This document shows positions 10,701-25,215 of a DNA stretch of 64,000 nt, piece by piece. Numbering within the stretch: the stretch's first letter is position 1; the number at the start of each line of letters is the position of its first letter. This DNA comes from Eledone cirrhosa. Lineage: Eukaryota. A model generated the notes under the pieces. The model saw nothing but the letters and a program-made list of their open reading frames with translations, ran no database searches and was not told where the DNA came from. The stretch is taken from the NCBI GenBank assembly GCA_964016885.1, contig OZ024743.1, forward strand, positions 247,442,001 through 247,506,000, written 5' to 3'. The position numbers and the translations under genes were made by a program.

Positions 10701-13700
10701 TGGTTGTGTGTGGTGTGATTTTCAAAAAAAACTGCCCATGCTAAATGAGGCAGCTGAAGTCCGGCGGCGAATGGTGTGCTTCGAAGAAAACGGATCACAA
10801 AAATGACGATTTGCCGGCGGAGTTACCTTTTTCTCGATCGTGGGCCGGCCGCCCGTGGTCGGATCGATCTCTAATTACTGGTACATGTGCAGACACTCAT
10901 TGGGTGTGTGTGGTGTGATCTTCAAGAAAAACTGCCCATGCTAAATGAGGCAGCTGAAGTCCGCCGGCGAATGGTGTGCTTCGAAGAAAACGAATCCGAA
11001 AATGACGATTTGCAGGCGGAGTAACCTTTTCGATTGTGGGCCGGCCGCCCGTGGTGGGATCCATCTGTAATTACTGGTACATGTGCAGACACTCATTGGC
11101 TGTGTGTGGTGTGATCTTCAAGAAAAACTGCCCATGCTAAATGAGGCAGCTGAAGTCCGCCGGCGAATGGTGTGCTTCGAAGAAAACGAATCCGAAAATG
11201 ACGATTTGCAGGCGGAGTAACCTTTTCGATTGTGGGCCGGCCGCCCGTGGTGGGATCCATCTGTAATTACTAGTACATGTGCAGATACTCATTGGCTATG
11301 TGTGGCGTGAATTTCAGCAAGATATCTCCGTAAAATCAATAGTTGTGGCTGTGGAACCAAACCGTGTTAAACGTCAACAAAGTCAGCCGGCGAATGGTGT
11401 GCTTCGAAGAAAACGAATCCAAAAATGACGATTTGCAGGCGGAGTAACCGTTTCGATTGTGGGCCGGCCGCCCGTGTTGGGATCCATCTGTAATTACTGG
11501 TACATGTGCAGACACTCATTGGCTATGTGTGGCGTGAATTTCAGCAAGATATCTCCTTAAAATCAATAGTTGTGGCTGTGGAACCAAACCGTGTTAAACG
11601 TCAACAAAGTCGTTGAGCGTAAGTTAGTTTACATTGAACTCGTGGTGGGATCGATCTGTAATTACTGGTACATGTGCAGAAACACATTGGTTGTGTGTGG
11701 TGTGATTTTAAAAAAAAACTGCCCATGCTAAATGAGGCAGCTGAAGTCCGGCGGCGAATGGTGTGCTTCGAAGAAAACGAATCACAAAAATGACGATTTG
11801 CCGGCGGAGTTGCCTTTTCAATCGCGGGCCAGCCGCCCGTGGTCGGATCGATCTGTAATTACTGGTACATGTGCAGACACACATTGGTTGTGTGTGGTGT
11901 GATTTTCAAAAAAAACTGCCCATGCTAAATGAGGCAGCTGAAGTCCGGCGGCGAATGGTGTGCTTCGAAGAAAACGAATCCGAAAATGACGATTTGCAGG
12001 CGGAGTAACCTTTTCGATCGTGGGCCGGCCGCCCGTGGTCGGATCGATCTCTAATTACTGGTACATGTGCAGACACTCATTGGCTGTGTGTGGTGTGATC
12101 TTCAAGAAAAACTGCCCATGCTAAATGAGGCAGCTGAAGTCCGCCGGCGAATGGTGTGCTTCGAAGAAAACGAATCCGAAAATGACGATTTGCAGGCGGA
12201 GTAACCTTTTCGATTGTGGGCCGGCCGCCCGTGGTGGGATCCATCTGTAATTACTGGTACATGTGCAGACACTCATTGGCTGTGTGTGGTGTGATCTTCA
12301 AGAAAAACTGCCCATGCTAAATGCGGCAGCTGAAGTCCGCCGGCGAATGGTGTGCTTCGAAGAAAACGAATCCGAAAATGACGATTTGCAGGCGGAGTAA
12401 CCTTTTCGATTGTGGGCCGGCCGCCCGTGGTGGGATCCATCTGTAATTACTGGTACATGTGCAGAAACTCATTGGCTGTGTGTGGTGTGATCTTCAAGAA
12501 AAACTGCTCATGCTAAATGAGGCAGCTGAAGTCCGGCGGCGAATGGTGTGCTTCGAAGAAAACGGATCACAAAAATGACGATTTGCCGGCGGAGTTACCT
12601 TTTTCTCGATCGTGGGCCGGCCGCCCGTGGTCGGATCGATCTCTAATTACTGGTACATGTGCAGACACTCATTGGCTGTGTGTGGTGTGATCTTCAAGAA
12701 AAACTGCCCATGCTAAATGAGGCAGCTGAAGTCCGGCGGCGAATGGTGTGCTTCGAAGAAAACGGATCACAAAAATGACGATTTGCCGGCGGAGTTACCT
12801 TTTCAATCGCGGGCCGGCCGCCCGTGGTCGGATCGATCTGTAATTACCGGTAAATGTGCAGACACTCATTGGCTATGTGTGGCGTGAATTTCAGCAAGAT
12901 ATCTCCGTAAAATCAATAGTTGTGGCTGTGGAACCAAACCGTGTTAAACGTCAACAAAGTCGTTGAGCGTAAGTTAGTTTACATTGAACTCGTGGTGGGA
13001 TCGATCTGTAATTACTGGTACATGTGCAGAAACACATTGGTTGTGTGTGGTGTGATTTTAAAAAAAAACTGCCCATGCTAAATGAGGCAGCTGAAGTCCG
13101 GCGGCGAATGGTGTGCTTCGAAGAAAACGAATCACAAAAATGACGATTTGACGGCGGAGTTACCTTTTCAATCGCGGGCCGGCCGCCCGTGGTCGGATCG
13201 ATCTGTAATTACTGGTACATGTGCAGACACACATTGGTTGTGTGTGGTGTGATTTTCAAAAAAAACTGCCCATGCTAAATGAGGCAGCTGAAGTCCGGCG
13301 GCGAATGGTGTGCTTCGAAGAAAACGGATCACAAAAATGACGATTTGCCGGCGGAGTTACCTTTTTCTCGATCGTGGGCCGGCCGCCCGTGGTCGGATCG
13401 ATCTCTAATTACTGGTACATGTGCAGACACTCATTGGGTGTGTGTGGTGTGATCTTCAAGAAAAACTGCCCATGCTAAATGAGGCAGCTGAAGTCCGCCG
13501 GCGAATGGTGTGCTTCGAAGAAAACGAATCCGAAAATGACGATTTGCAGGCGGAGTAACCTTTTCGATTGTGGGCCGGCCGCCCGTGGTGGGATCCATCT
13601 GTAATTACTGGTACATGTGCAGACACTCATTGGCTGTGTGTGGTGTGATCTTCAAGAAAAACTGCCCATGCTAAATGAGGCAGCTGAAGTCCGCCGGCGA

Positions 13701-14500
13701 ATGGTGTGCTTCGAAGAAAACGAATCCGAAAATGACGATTTGCAGGCGGAGTAACCTTTTCGATTGTGGGCCGGCCGCCCGTGGTGGGATCCATCTGTAA
13801 TTACTAGTACATGTGCAGATACTCATTGGCTATGTGTGGCGTGAATTTCAGCAAGATATCTCCGTAAAATCAATAGTTGTGGCTGTGGAACCAAACCGTG
13901 TTAAACGTCAACAAAGTCAGCCGGCGAATGGTGTGCTTCGAAGAAAACGAATCCAAAAATGACGATTTGCAGGCGGAGTAACCGTTTCGATTGTGGGCCG
14001 GCCGCCCGTGTTGGGATCCATCTGTAATTACTGGTACATGTGCAGACACTCATTGGCTATGTGTGGCGTGAATTTCAGCAAGATATCTCCTTAAAATCAA
14101 TAGTTGTGGCTGTGGAACCAAACCGTGTTAAACGTCAACAAAGTCGTTGAGCGTAAGTTAGTTTACATTGAACTCGTGGTGGGATCGATCTGTAATTACT
14201 GGTACATGTGCAGAAACACATTGGTTGTGTGTGGTGTGATTTTAAAAAAAAACTGCCCATGCTAAATGAGGCAGCTGAAGTCCGGCGGCGAATGGTGTGC
14301 TTCGAAGAAAACGAATCACAAAAATGACGATTTGCCGGCGGAGTTGCCTTTTCAATCGCGGGCCAGCCGCCCGTGGTCGGATCGATCTGTAATTACTGGT
14401 ACATGTGCAGACACACATTGGTTGTGTGTGGTGTGATTTTCAAAAAAAACTGCCCATGCTAAATGAGGCAGCTGAAGTCCGGCGGCGAATGGTGTGCTTC
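7800..14500 (+). repeat. 2534-bp super-HOR (1184+1350), about 2.6 tandem copies; a further copy at about 4004-6537
   Basis: Private marker AAGTCAGCCGGCG at about 8849, 11383, 13917 (spacing 2534) and 4961. E modules alternate 1184/1350. Boundaries are approximate. Confidence 0.88.
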
Positions 14501-17500
14501 GAAGAAAACGAATCCGAAAATGACGATTTGCAGGCGGAGTAACCTTTTCGATTGTGGGCCGGCCGCCCGTGGTGGGATCCATCTGTAATTACTGGTACAT
14601 GTGCAGACACTCATTGGCTGTGTGTGGTGTGATCTTCAAGAAAAACTGCCCATGCTAAATGAGGCAGCTGAAGTCCGCCGGCGAATGGTGTGCTTCGAAG
14701 AAAACGAATCCGAAAATGACGATTTGCAGGCGGAGTAACCTTTTCGATTGTGGGCCGGCCGCCCGTGGTGGGATCCATCTGTAATTACTAGTACATGTGC
14801 AGACACTCATTGGCTATGTGTGGCGTGAATTTCAGCAAGATATCTCCTTAAAATCAATAGTTGTGGCTGTGGAACCAAACCGTGTTAAACGTCAACAAAG
14901 TCCGCCGGCGAATGGTGTGCTTCGAAGAAAACGAATCCAAAAATGACGATTTGCCGGCGGAGTTACCTTTTCAATCGCGGGCCGGCCATCCGTGGTCGGA
15001 TCGATCTGTAATTACTGCTACATGTGCAGACACTCATTGGCTATGTGTGGCGTGAATTCCAGCAAGATATCTCCGTAAAATCAATAGTTGTGGCTGTGGA
15101 ACCAAACCGTGTTAAACGTCAACAAAGTCCGCCGGCGAATGGTGTGCTTCGAAGAAAACGAATCCAAAAATGACGATTTGCCGGCGGAGTTACCTTTTGA
15201 ATCGCGGGCCGGCCGCCCCTGGTCGGATCGATCTGTAATTACTGGTACATGTGCAGACTCTCATTGGCTATGTGTGGCGTGAATTTCAGCAAGATATCTC
15301 CGTAACATCAATAGTTGTGGCTGTGGAACCAAACCGTGTTAAACGTCAACAAAGTCGTTGAGCGTAAGTTTGTTTACATTGAACTCGTGGTGGGATCGAT
15401 CTGTAATTACTGGTACATGTGCAGACACACATTGGTTGTGTGTGGTGTGATTTTCAAAAAAAACTGCCCATGCTAAATGAGGCAGCTGAAGTCCGGCGGC
15501 GAATGGTGTGCTTCGAAGAAAACGAATCACAAAAATGACGATTTGCCGGCGGAGTTATTTTTTCAATCGCGGGCCGGCCGCCCGTGGTCGGATCGATCTG
15601 TAATTACTGGTACATGTGCAGACACACATTGGTTGTGTGTGGTGTGATTTTCAAAAAAAACTGCCCATGCTAAATGAGGCAGCTGAAGTCCGGCGGCGAA
15701 TGGTGTGCTTCGAAGAAAACGGATCACAAAAATGACGATTTGCCGGCGGAGTTACCTTTTTCTCGATCGTGGGCCGGCCGCCCGTGGTCGGATCGATCTC
15801 TAATTACTGGTACATGTGCAGACACTCATTGGCTGTGTGTGGTGTGATCTTCAAGAAAAACTGCCCATGCTAAATGAGGCAGCTGAAGTCCGCCGGCGAA
15901 TGGTGTGCTTCGAAGAAAACGAATCCGAAAATGACGATTTGCAGGCGGAGTAACCTTTTCGATTGTGGGCCGGCCGCCCGTGGTGGGATCCATCTGTAAT
16001 TACTGGTACATGTGCAGACACTCATTGGCTGTGTGTGGTGTGATCTTCAAGAAAAACTGCCCATGCTAAATGCGGCAGCTGAAGTCCGCCGGCGAATGGT
16101 GTGCTTCGAAGAAAACGAATCCGAAAATGACGATTTGCAGGCGGAGTAACCTTTTCGATTGTGGGCCGGCCGCCCGTGGTGGGATCCATCTGTAATTACT
16201 GGTACATGTGCAGAAACTCATTGGCTGTGTGTGGTGTGATCTTCAAGAAAAACTGCTCATGCTAAATGAGGCAGCTGAAGTCCGGCGGCGAATGGTGTGC
16301 TTCGAAGAAAACGGATCACAAAAATGACGATTTGCCGGCGGAGTTACCTTTTTCTCGATCGTGGGCCGGCCGCCCGTGGTCGGATCGATCTCTAATTACT
16401 GGTACATGTGCAGACACTCATTGGCTGTGTGTGGTGTGATCTTCAAGAAAAACTGCTCATGCTAAATGAGGCAGCTGAAGTCCGCCGGCGAATGGTGTGC
16501 TTCGAAGAAAACGAATCCGAAAATGACGATTTGCAGGCGGAGTAACCGTTTCGATTGTGGGCCGGCCGCCCGTGGTGGGATCCATCTGTAATTACTGGTA
16601 CATGTGCAGACACTCATTGGCTATGTGTGGCGTGAATTTCAGCAAGATATCTCCTTAAAATCAATAGTTGTGGCTGTGGAACCAAACCGTGTTAAACGTC
16701 AACAAAGTCCGCCGGCGAATGGTGTGCTTCGAAGAAAACGAATCCAAAAATGACGATTTGCCGGCGGAGTTACCTTTTCAATCGCGGGCCGGCCATCCGT
16801 GGTCGGATCGATCTGTAATTACTGCTACATGTGCAGACACTCATTGGCTATGTGTGGCGTGAATTTCAGCAAGATATCTCCTTAACATCAATAGTTGTGG
16901 CTGTGGAACCAAACCGTGTTAAACGTCAACAAAGTCGTTGAGCGTAAGTTTGTTTACATTGAACTCGTGGTGGGATCGATCTGTAATTACTGGTACATGT
17001 GCAGACACACATTGGTTGTGTGTGGTGTGATTTTCAAAAAAAACTGCCCATGCTAAATGAGGCAGCTGAAGTCCGGCGGCGAATGGTGTGCTTCGAAGAA
17101 AACGAATCACAAAAATGACGATTTGCCGGCGGAGTTACCTTTTCAATCGCGGGCCGGCCGCCCGTGGTCGGATCGATCTGTAATTACTGGTACATGTGCA
17201 GACACACATTGGTTGTGTGTGGTGTGATTTTCAAAAAAAACTGCCCATGCTAAATGAGGCAGCTGAAGTCCGGCGGCGAATGGTGTGCTTCGAAGAAAAC
17301 GGATCACAAAAATGACGATTTGCCGGCGGAGTTACCTTTTTCTCGATCGTGGGCCGGCCGCCCGTGGTCGGATCGATCTCTAATTACTGGTACATGTGCA
17401 GACACTCATTGGCTGTGTGTGGTGTGATCTTCAAGAAACACTGCCCATGCTAAATGAGGCAGCTGAAGTCCGCCGGCGAATGGTGTGCTTCGAAGAAAAC

Positions 17501-19009
17501 GAATCCGAAAATGACGATTTGCAGGCGGAGTAACCTTTTCGATTGTGGGCCGGCCGCCCGTGGTGGGATCCATCTGTAATTACTGGTACATGTGCAGACA
17601 CTCATTGGCTGTGTGTGGTGTGATCTTCAAGAAAAACTGCCCATGCTAAATGCGGCAGCTGAAGTCCGCCGGCGAATGGTGTGCTTCGAAGAAAACGAAT
17701 CCGAAAATGACGATTTGCAGGCGGAGTAACCTTTTCGATTGTGGGCCGGCCGCCCGTGGTGGGATCCATCTGTAATTACTGGTACATGTGCAGAAACTCA
17801 TTGGCTGTGTGTGGTGTGATCTTCAAGAAAAACTGCTCATGCTAAATGAGGCAGCTGAAGTCCGGCGGCGAATGGTGTGCTTCGAAGAAAACGGATCACA
17901 AAAATGACGATTTGCCGGCGGAGTTACCTTTTTCTCGATCGTGGGCCGGCCGCCCGTGGTCGGATCGATCTCTAATTACTGGTACATGTGCAGACACTCA
18001 TTGGCTGTGTGTGGTGTGATCTTCAAGAAAAACTGCCCATGCTAAATGAGGCAGCTGAAGTCCGGCGGCGAATGGTGTGCTTCGAAGAAAACGGATCACA
18101 AAAATGACGATTTGCCGGCGGAGTTACCTTTTCAATCGCGGGCCGGCCGCCCGTGGTCGGATCGATCTGTAATTACCGGTACATGTGCAGACACTCATTG
18201 GCTATGTGTGGCGTGAATTTCAGCAAGATATCTCCGTAAAATCAATAGTTGTGGCTGTGGAACCAAACCGTGTTAAACGTCAACAAAGTCGTTGAGCGTA
18301 AGTTAGTTTACATTGAACTCGTGGTGGGATCGATCTGTAATTACTGGTACATGTGCAGAAACACATTGGTTGTGTGTGGTGTGATTTTAAAAAAAAACTG
18401 CCCATGCTAAATGAGGCAGCTGAAGTCCGGCGGCGAATGGTGTGCTTCGAAGAAAACGAATCACAAAAATGACGATTTGACGGCGGAGTTACCTTTTCAA
18501 TCGCGGGCCGGCCGCCCGTGGTCGGATCGATCTGTAATTACTGGTACATGTGCAGACACACATTGGTTGTGTGTGGTGTGATTTTCAAAAAAAACTGCCC
18601 ATGCTAAATGAGGCAGCTGAAGTCCGGCGGCGAATGGTGTGCTTCGAAGAAAACGGATCACAAAAATGACGATTTGCCGGCGGAGTTACCTTTTTCTCGA
18701 TCGTGGGCCGGCCGCCCGTGGTCGGATCGATCTCTAATTACTGGTACATGTGCAGACACTCATTGGGTGTGTGTGGTGTGATCTTCAAGAAAAACTGCCC
18801 ATGCTAAATGAGGCAGCTGAAGTCCGCCGGCGAATGGTGTGCTTCGAAGAAAACGAATCCGAAAATGACGATTTGCAGGCGGAGTAACCTTTTCGATTGT
18901 GGGCCGGCCGCCCGTGGTGGGATCCATCTGTAATTACTGGTACATGTGCAGACACTCATTGGCTGTGTGTGGTGTGATCTTCAAGAAAAACTGCCCATGC
19001 TAAATGAGG

Positions 19010-22000
19010 CAGCTGAAGTCCGCCGGCGAATGGTGTGCTTCGAAGAAAACGAATCCGAAAATGACGATTTGCAGGCGGAGTAACCTTTTCGATTGTGGGC
19101 CGGCCGCCCGTGGTGGGATCCATCTGTAATTACTGGTACATGTGCAGAAACTCATTGGCTGTGTGTGGTGTGATCTTCAAGAAAAACTGCTCATGCTAAA
19201 TGAGGCAGCTGAAGTCCGGCGGCGAATGGTGTGCTTCGAAGAAAACGGATCACAAAAATGACGATTTGCCGGCGGAGTTACCTTTTTCTCGATCGTGGGC
19301 CGGCCGCCCGTGGTCGGATCGATCTCTAATTACTGGTACATGTGCAGACACTCATTGGCTGTGTGTGGTGTGATCTTCAAGAAAAACTGCTCATGCTAAA
19401 TGAGGCAGCTGAAGTCCGCCGGCGAATGGTGTGCTTCGAAGAAAACGAATCCGAAAATGACGATTTGCAGGCGGAGTAACCGTTTCGATTGTGGGCCGGC
19501 CGCCCGTGGTGGGATCCATCTGTAATTACTGGTACATGTGCAGACACTCATTGGCTATGTGTGGCGTGAATTTCAGCAAGATATCTCCTTAAAATCAATA
19601 GTTGTGGCTGTGGAACCAAACCGTGTTAAACGTCAACAAAGTCGTTGAGCGTAAGTTAGTTTACATTGAACTCGTGGTGGGATCGATCTGTAATTACTGG
19701 TACATGTGCAGAAACACATTGGTTGTGTGTGGTGTGATTTTAAAAAAAAAACTGCCCATGCTAAATGAGGCAGCTGAAGTCCGGCGGCGAATGGTGTGCT
19801 TCGAAGAAAACGAATCACAAAAATGACGATTTGCCGGCGGAGTTACCTTTTCAATCGCGGGCCGGCCGCCCGTGGTCGGATCGATCTGTAATTACTGGTA
19901 CATGTGCAGACACACATTGGTTGTGTGTGGTGTGATTTTCAAAAAAAACTGCCCATGCTAAATGAGGCAGCTGAAGTCCGGCGGCGAATGGTGTGCTTCG
20001 AAGAAAACGGATCACAAAAATGACGATTTGCCGGCGGAGTTACCTTTTTCTCGATCGTGGGCCGGCCGCCCGTGGTCGGATCGATCTCTAATTACTGGTA
20101 CATGTGCAGACACTCATTGGGTGTGTGTGGTGTGATCTTCAAGAAAAACTGCCCATGCTAAATGAGGCAGCTGAAGTCCGCCGGCGAATGGTGTGCTTCG
20201 AAGAAAACGAATCCGAAAATGACGATTTGCAGGCGGAGTAACCTTTTCGATTGTGGGCCGGCCGCCCGTGGTGGGATCCATCTGTAATTACTGGTACATG
20301 TGCAGACACTCATTGGCTGTGTGTGGTGTGATCTTCAAGAAAAACTGCCCATGCTAAATGAGGCAGCTGAAGTCCGCCGGCGAATGGTGTGCTTCGAAGA
20401 AAACGAATCCGAAAATGACGATTTGCAGGCGGAGTAACCTTTTCGATTGTGGGCCGGCCGCCCGTGGTGGGATCCATCTGTAATTACTAGTACATGTGCA
20501 GACACTCATTGGCTATGTGTGGCGTGAATTTCAGCAAGATATCTCCTTAAAATCAATAGTTGTGGCTGTGGAACCAAACCGTGTTAAACGTCAACAAAGT
20601 CCGCCGGCGAATGGTGTGCTTCGAAGAAAACGAATCCAAAAATGACGATTTGCCGGCGGAGTTACCTTTTCAATCGCGGGCCGGCCATCCGTGGTCGGAT
20701 CGATCTGTAATTACTGCTACATGTGCAGACACTCATTGGCTATGTGTGGCGTGAATTTCAGCAAGATATCTCCGTAACATCAATAGTTGTGGCTGTGGAA
20801 CCAAACCGTGTTAAACGTCAACAAAGTCGTTGAGCGTAAGTTTGTTTACATTGAACTCGTGGTGGGATCGATCTGTAATTACTGGTACATGTGCAGACAC
20901 ACATTGGTTGTGTGTGGTGTGATTTTCAAAAAAAACTGCCCATGCTAAATGAGGCAGCTGAAGTCCGGCGGCGAATGGTGTGCTTCGAAGAAAACGAATC
21001 ACAAAAATGACGATTTGCCGGCGGAGTTACCTTTTCAATCGCGGGCCGGCCGCCCGTGGTCGGATCGATCTGTAATTACTGGTACATGTGCAGACACACA
21101 TTGGTTGTGTGTGGTGTGATTTTCAAAAAAAACTGCCCATGCTAAATGAGGCAGCTGAAGTCCGGCGGCGAATGGTGTGCTTCGAAGAAAACGGATCACA
21201 AAAATGACGATTTGCCGGCGGAGTTACCTTTTTCTCGATCGTGGGCCGGCCGCCCGTGGTCGGATCGATCTCTAATTACTGGTACATGTGCAGACACTCA
21301 TTGGCTGTGTGTGGTGTGATCTTCAAGAAACACTGCCCATGCTAAATGAGGCAGCTGAAGTCCGCCGGCGAATGGTGTGCTTCGAAGAAAACGAATCCGA
21401 AAATGACGATTTGCAGGCGGAGTAACCTTTTCGATTGTGGGCCGGCCGCCCGTGGTGGGATCCATCTGTAATTACTGGTACATGTGCAGACACTCATTGG
21501 CTGTGTGTGGTGTGATCTTCAAGAAAAACTGCCCATGCTAAATGCGGCAGCTGAAGTCCGCCGGCGAATGGTGTGCTTCGAAGAAAACGAATCCGAAAAT
21601 GACGATTTGCAGGCGGAGTAACCTTTTCGATTGTGGGCCGGCCGCCCGTGGTGGGATCCATCTGTAATTACTGGTACATGTGCAGAAACTCATTGGCTGT
21701 GTGTGGTGTGATCTTCAAGAAAAACTGCTCATGCTAAATGAGGCAGCTGAAGTCCGGCGGCGAATGGTGTGCTTCGAAGAAAACGGATCACAAAAATGAC
21801 GATTTGCCGGCGGAGTTACCTTTTTCTCGATCGTGGGCCGGCCGCCCGTGGTCGGATCGATCTCTAATTACTGGTACATGTGCAGACACACATTGGTTGT
21901 GTGTGGTGTGATTTTCAAAAAAAACTGCCCATGCTAAATGAGGCAGCTGAAGTCCGGCGGCGAATGGTGTGCTTCGAAGAAAACGGATCACAAAAATGAC

Positions 22001-25000
22001 GATTTGCCGGCGGAGTTACCTTTTTCTCGATCGTGGGCCGGCCGCCCGTGGTCGGATCGATCTCTAATTACTGGTACATGTGCAGACACTCATTGGCTGT
22101 GTGTGGTGTGATCTTCAAGAAAAACTGCCCATGCTAAATGAGGCAGCTGAAGTCCGCCGGCGAATGGTGTGCTTCGAAGAAAACGAATCCGAAAATGACG
22201 ATTTGCAGGCGGAGTAACCTTTTCGATTGTGGGCCGGCCGCCCGTGGTGGGATCCATCTGTAATTACTGGTACATGTGCAGACACTCATTGGCTGTGTGT
22301 GGTGTGATCTTCAAGAAAAACTGCCCATGCTAAATGCGGCAGCTGAAGTCCGCCGGCGAATGGTGTGCTTCGAAGAAAACGAATCCGAAAATGACGATTT
22401 GCAGGCGGAGTAACCTTTTCGATTGTGGGCCGGCCGCCCGTGGTGGGATCCATCTGTAATTACTGGTACATGTGCAGAAACTCATTGGCTGTGTGTGGTG
22501 TGATCTTCAAGAAAAACTGCTCATGCTAAATGAGGCAGCTGAAGTCCGGCGGCGAATGGTGTGCTTCGAAGAAAACGGATCACAAAAATGACGATTTGCC
22601 GGCGGAGTTACCTTTTTCTCGATCGTGGGCCGGCCGCCCGTGGTCGGATCGATCTCTAATTACTGGTACATGTGCAGACACTCATTGGCTGTGTGTGGTG
22701 TGATCTTCAAGAAAAACTGCTCATGCTAAATGAGGCAGCTGAAGTCCGCCGGCGAATGGTGTGCTTCGAAGAAAACGAATCCGAAAATGACGATTTGCAG
22801 GCGGAGTAACCGTTTCGATTGTGGGCCGGCCGCCCGTGGTGGGATCCATCTGTAATTACTGGTACATGTGCAGACACTCATTGGCTATGTGTGGCGTGAA
22901 TTTCAGCAAGATATCTCCTTAAAATCAATAGTTGTGGCTGTGGAACCAAACCGTGTTAAACGTCAACAAAGTCGTTGAGCGTAAGTTAGTTTACATTGAA
23001 CTCGTGGTGGGATCGATCTGTAATTACTGGTACATGTGCAGAAACACATTGGTTGTGTGTGGTGTGATTTTAAAAAAAAAACTGCCCATGCTAAATGAGG
23101 CAGCTGAAGTCCGGCGGCGAATGGTGTGCTTCGAAGAAAACGAATCACAAAAATGACGATTTGCCGGCGGAGTTACCTTTTCAATCGCGGGCCGGCCGCC
23201 CGTGGTCGGATCGATCTGTAATTACTGGTACATGTGCAGACACACATTGGTTGTGTGTGGTGTGATTTTCAAAAAAAACTGCCCATGCTAAATGAGGCAG
23301 CTGAAGTCCGGCGGCGAATGGTGTGCTTCGAAGAAAACGGATCACAAAAATGACGATTTGCCGGCGGAGTTACCTTTTTCTCGATCGTGGGCCGGCCGCC
23401 CGTGGTCGGATCGATCTCTAATTACTGGTACATGTGCAGACACTCATTGGGTGTGTGTGGTGTGATCTTCAAGAAAAACTGCCCATGCTAAATGAGGCAG
23501 CTGAAGTCCGCCGGCGAATGGTGTGCTTCGAAGAAAACGAATCCGAAAATGACGATTTGCAGGCGGAGTAACCTTTTCGATTGTGGGCCGGCCGCCCGTG
23601 GTGGGATCCATCTGTAATTACTGGTACATGTGCAGACACTCATTGGCTGTGTGTGGTGTGATCTTCAAGAAAAACTGCCCATGCTAAATGAGGCAGCTGA
23701 AGTCCGCCGGCGAATGGTGTGCTTCGAAGAAAACGAATCCGAAAATGACGATTTGCAGGCGGAGTAACCTTTTCGATTGTGGGCCGGCCGCCCGTGGTGG
23801 GATCCATCTGTAATTACTAGTACATGTGCAGACACTCATTGGCTATGTGTGGCGTGAATTTCAGCAAGATATCTCCTTAAAATCAATAGTTGTGGCTGTG
23901 GAACCAAACCGTGTTAAACGTCAACAAAGTCCGCCGGCGAATGGTGTGCTTCGAAGAAAACGAATCCAAAAATGACGATTTGCCGGCGGAGTTACCTTTT
24001 CAATCGCGGGCCGGCCATCCGTGGTCGGATCGATCTGTAATTACTGCTACATGTGCAGACACTCATTGGCTATGTGTGGCGTGAATTTCACCAAGATATC
24101 TCCGTAACATCAATAGTTGTGGCTGTGGAACCAAACCGTGTTAAACGTCAACAAAGTCGTTGAGCGTAAGTTTGTTTACATTGAACTCGTGGTGGGATCG
24201 ATCTGTAATTACTGGTACATGTGCAGACACACATTGGTTGTGTGTGGTGTGATTTTCAAAAAAAACTGCCCATGCTAAATGAGGCAGCTGAAGTCCGGCG
24301 GCGAATGGTGTGCTTCGAAGAAAACGAATCACAAAAATGACGATTTGCCGGCGGAGTTACCTTTTCAATCGCGGGCCGGCCGCCCGTGGTCGGATCGATC
24401 TGTAATTACTGGTACATGTGCAGACACACATTGGTTGTGTGTGGTGTGATTTTCAAAAAAAACTGCCCATGCTAAATGAGGCAGCTGAAGTCCGGCGGCG
24501 AATGGTGTGCTTCGAAGAAAACGGATCACAAAAATGACGATTTGCCGGCGGAGTTACCTTTTTCTCGATCGTGGGCCGGCCGCCCGTGGTCGGATCGATC
24601 TCTAATTACTGGTACATGTGCAGACACTCATTGGCTGTGTGTGGTGTGATCTTCAAGAAACACTGCCCATGCTAAATGAGGCAGCTGAAGTCCGCCGGCG
24701 AATGGTGTGCTTCGAAGAAAACGAATCCGAAAATGACGATTTGCAGGCGGAGTAACCTTTTCGATTGTGGGCCGGCCGCCCGTGGTGGGATCCATCTGTA
24801 ATTACTGGTACATGTGCAGACACTCATTGGCTGTGTGTGGTGTGATCTTCAAGAAAAACTGCCCATGCTAAATGCGGCAGCTGAAGTCCGCCGGCGAATG
24901 GTGTGCTTCGAAGAAAACGAATCCGAAAATGACGATTTGCAGGCGGAGTAACCTTTTCGATTGTGGGCCGGCCGCCCGTGGTGGGATCCATCTGTAATTA

Positions 25001-25215
25001 CTGGTACATGTGCAGAAACTCATTGGCTGTGTGTGGTGTGATCTTCAAGAAAAACTGCTCATGCTAAATGAGGCAGCTGAAGTCCGGCGGCGAATGGTGT
25101 GCTTCGAAGAAAACGGATCACAAAAATGACGATTTGCCGGCGGAGTTACCTTTTTCTCGATCGTGGGCCGGCCGCCCGTGGTCGGATCGATCTCTAATTA
25201 CTGGTACATGTGCAG
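19010..25215 (+). repeat. Duplication with 3330-bp offset
   Basis: ORF offsets 19602/22932, 20560/23890 and 20811/24141 are all 3330. Shared extra-A tract and CAAGAAACACTG marker. Confidence 0.85.

Noticed and set aside
19738-19752. A-tract length variants as sequencing errors
   Set aside because: The same length variants recur at equivalent positions of duplicated blocks (19741 and 23071; A7 tracts in the 2223- and 3237-bp copies), so most are probably real.
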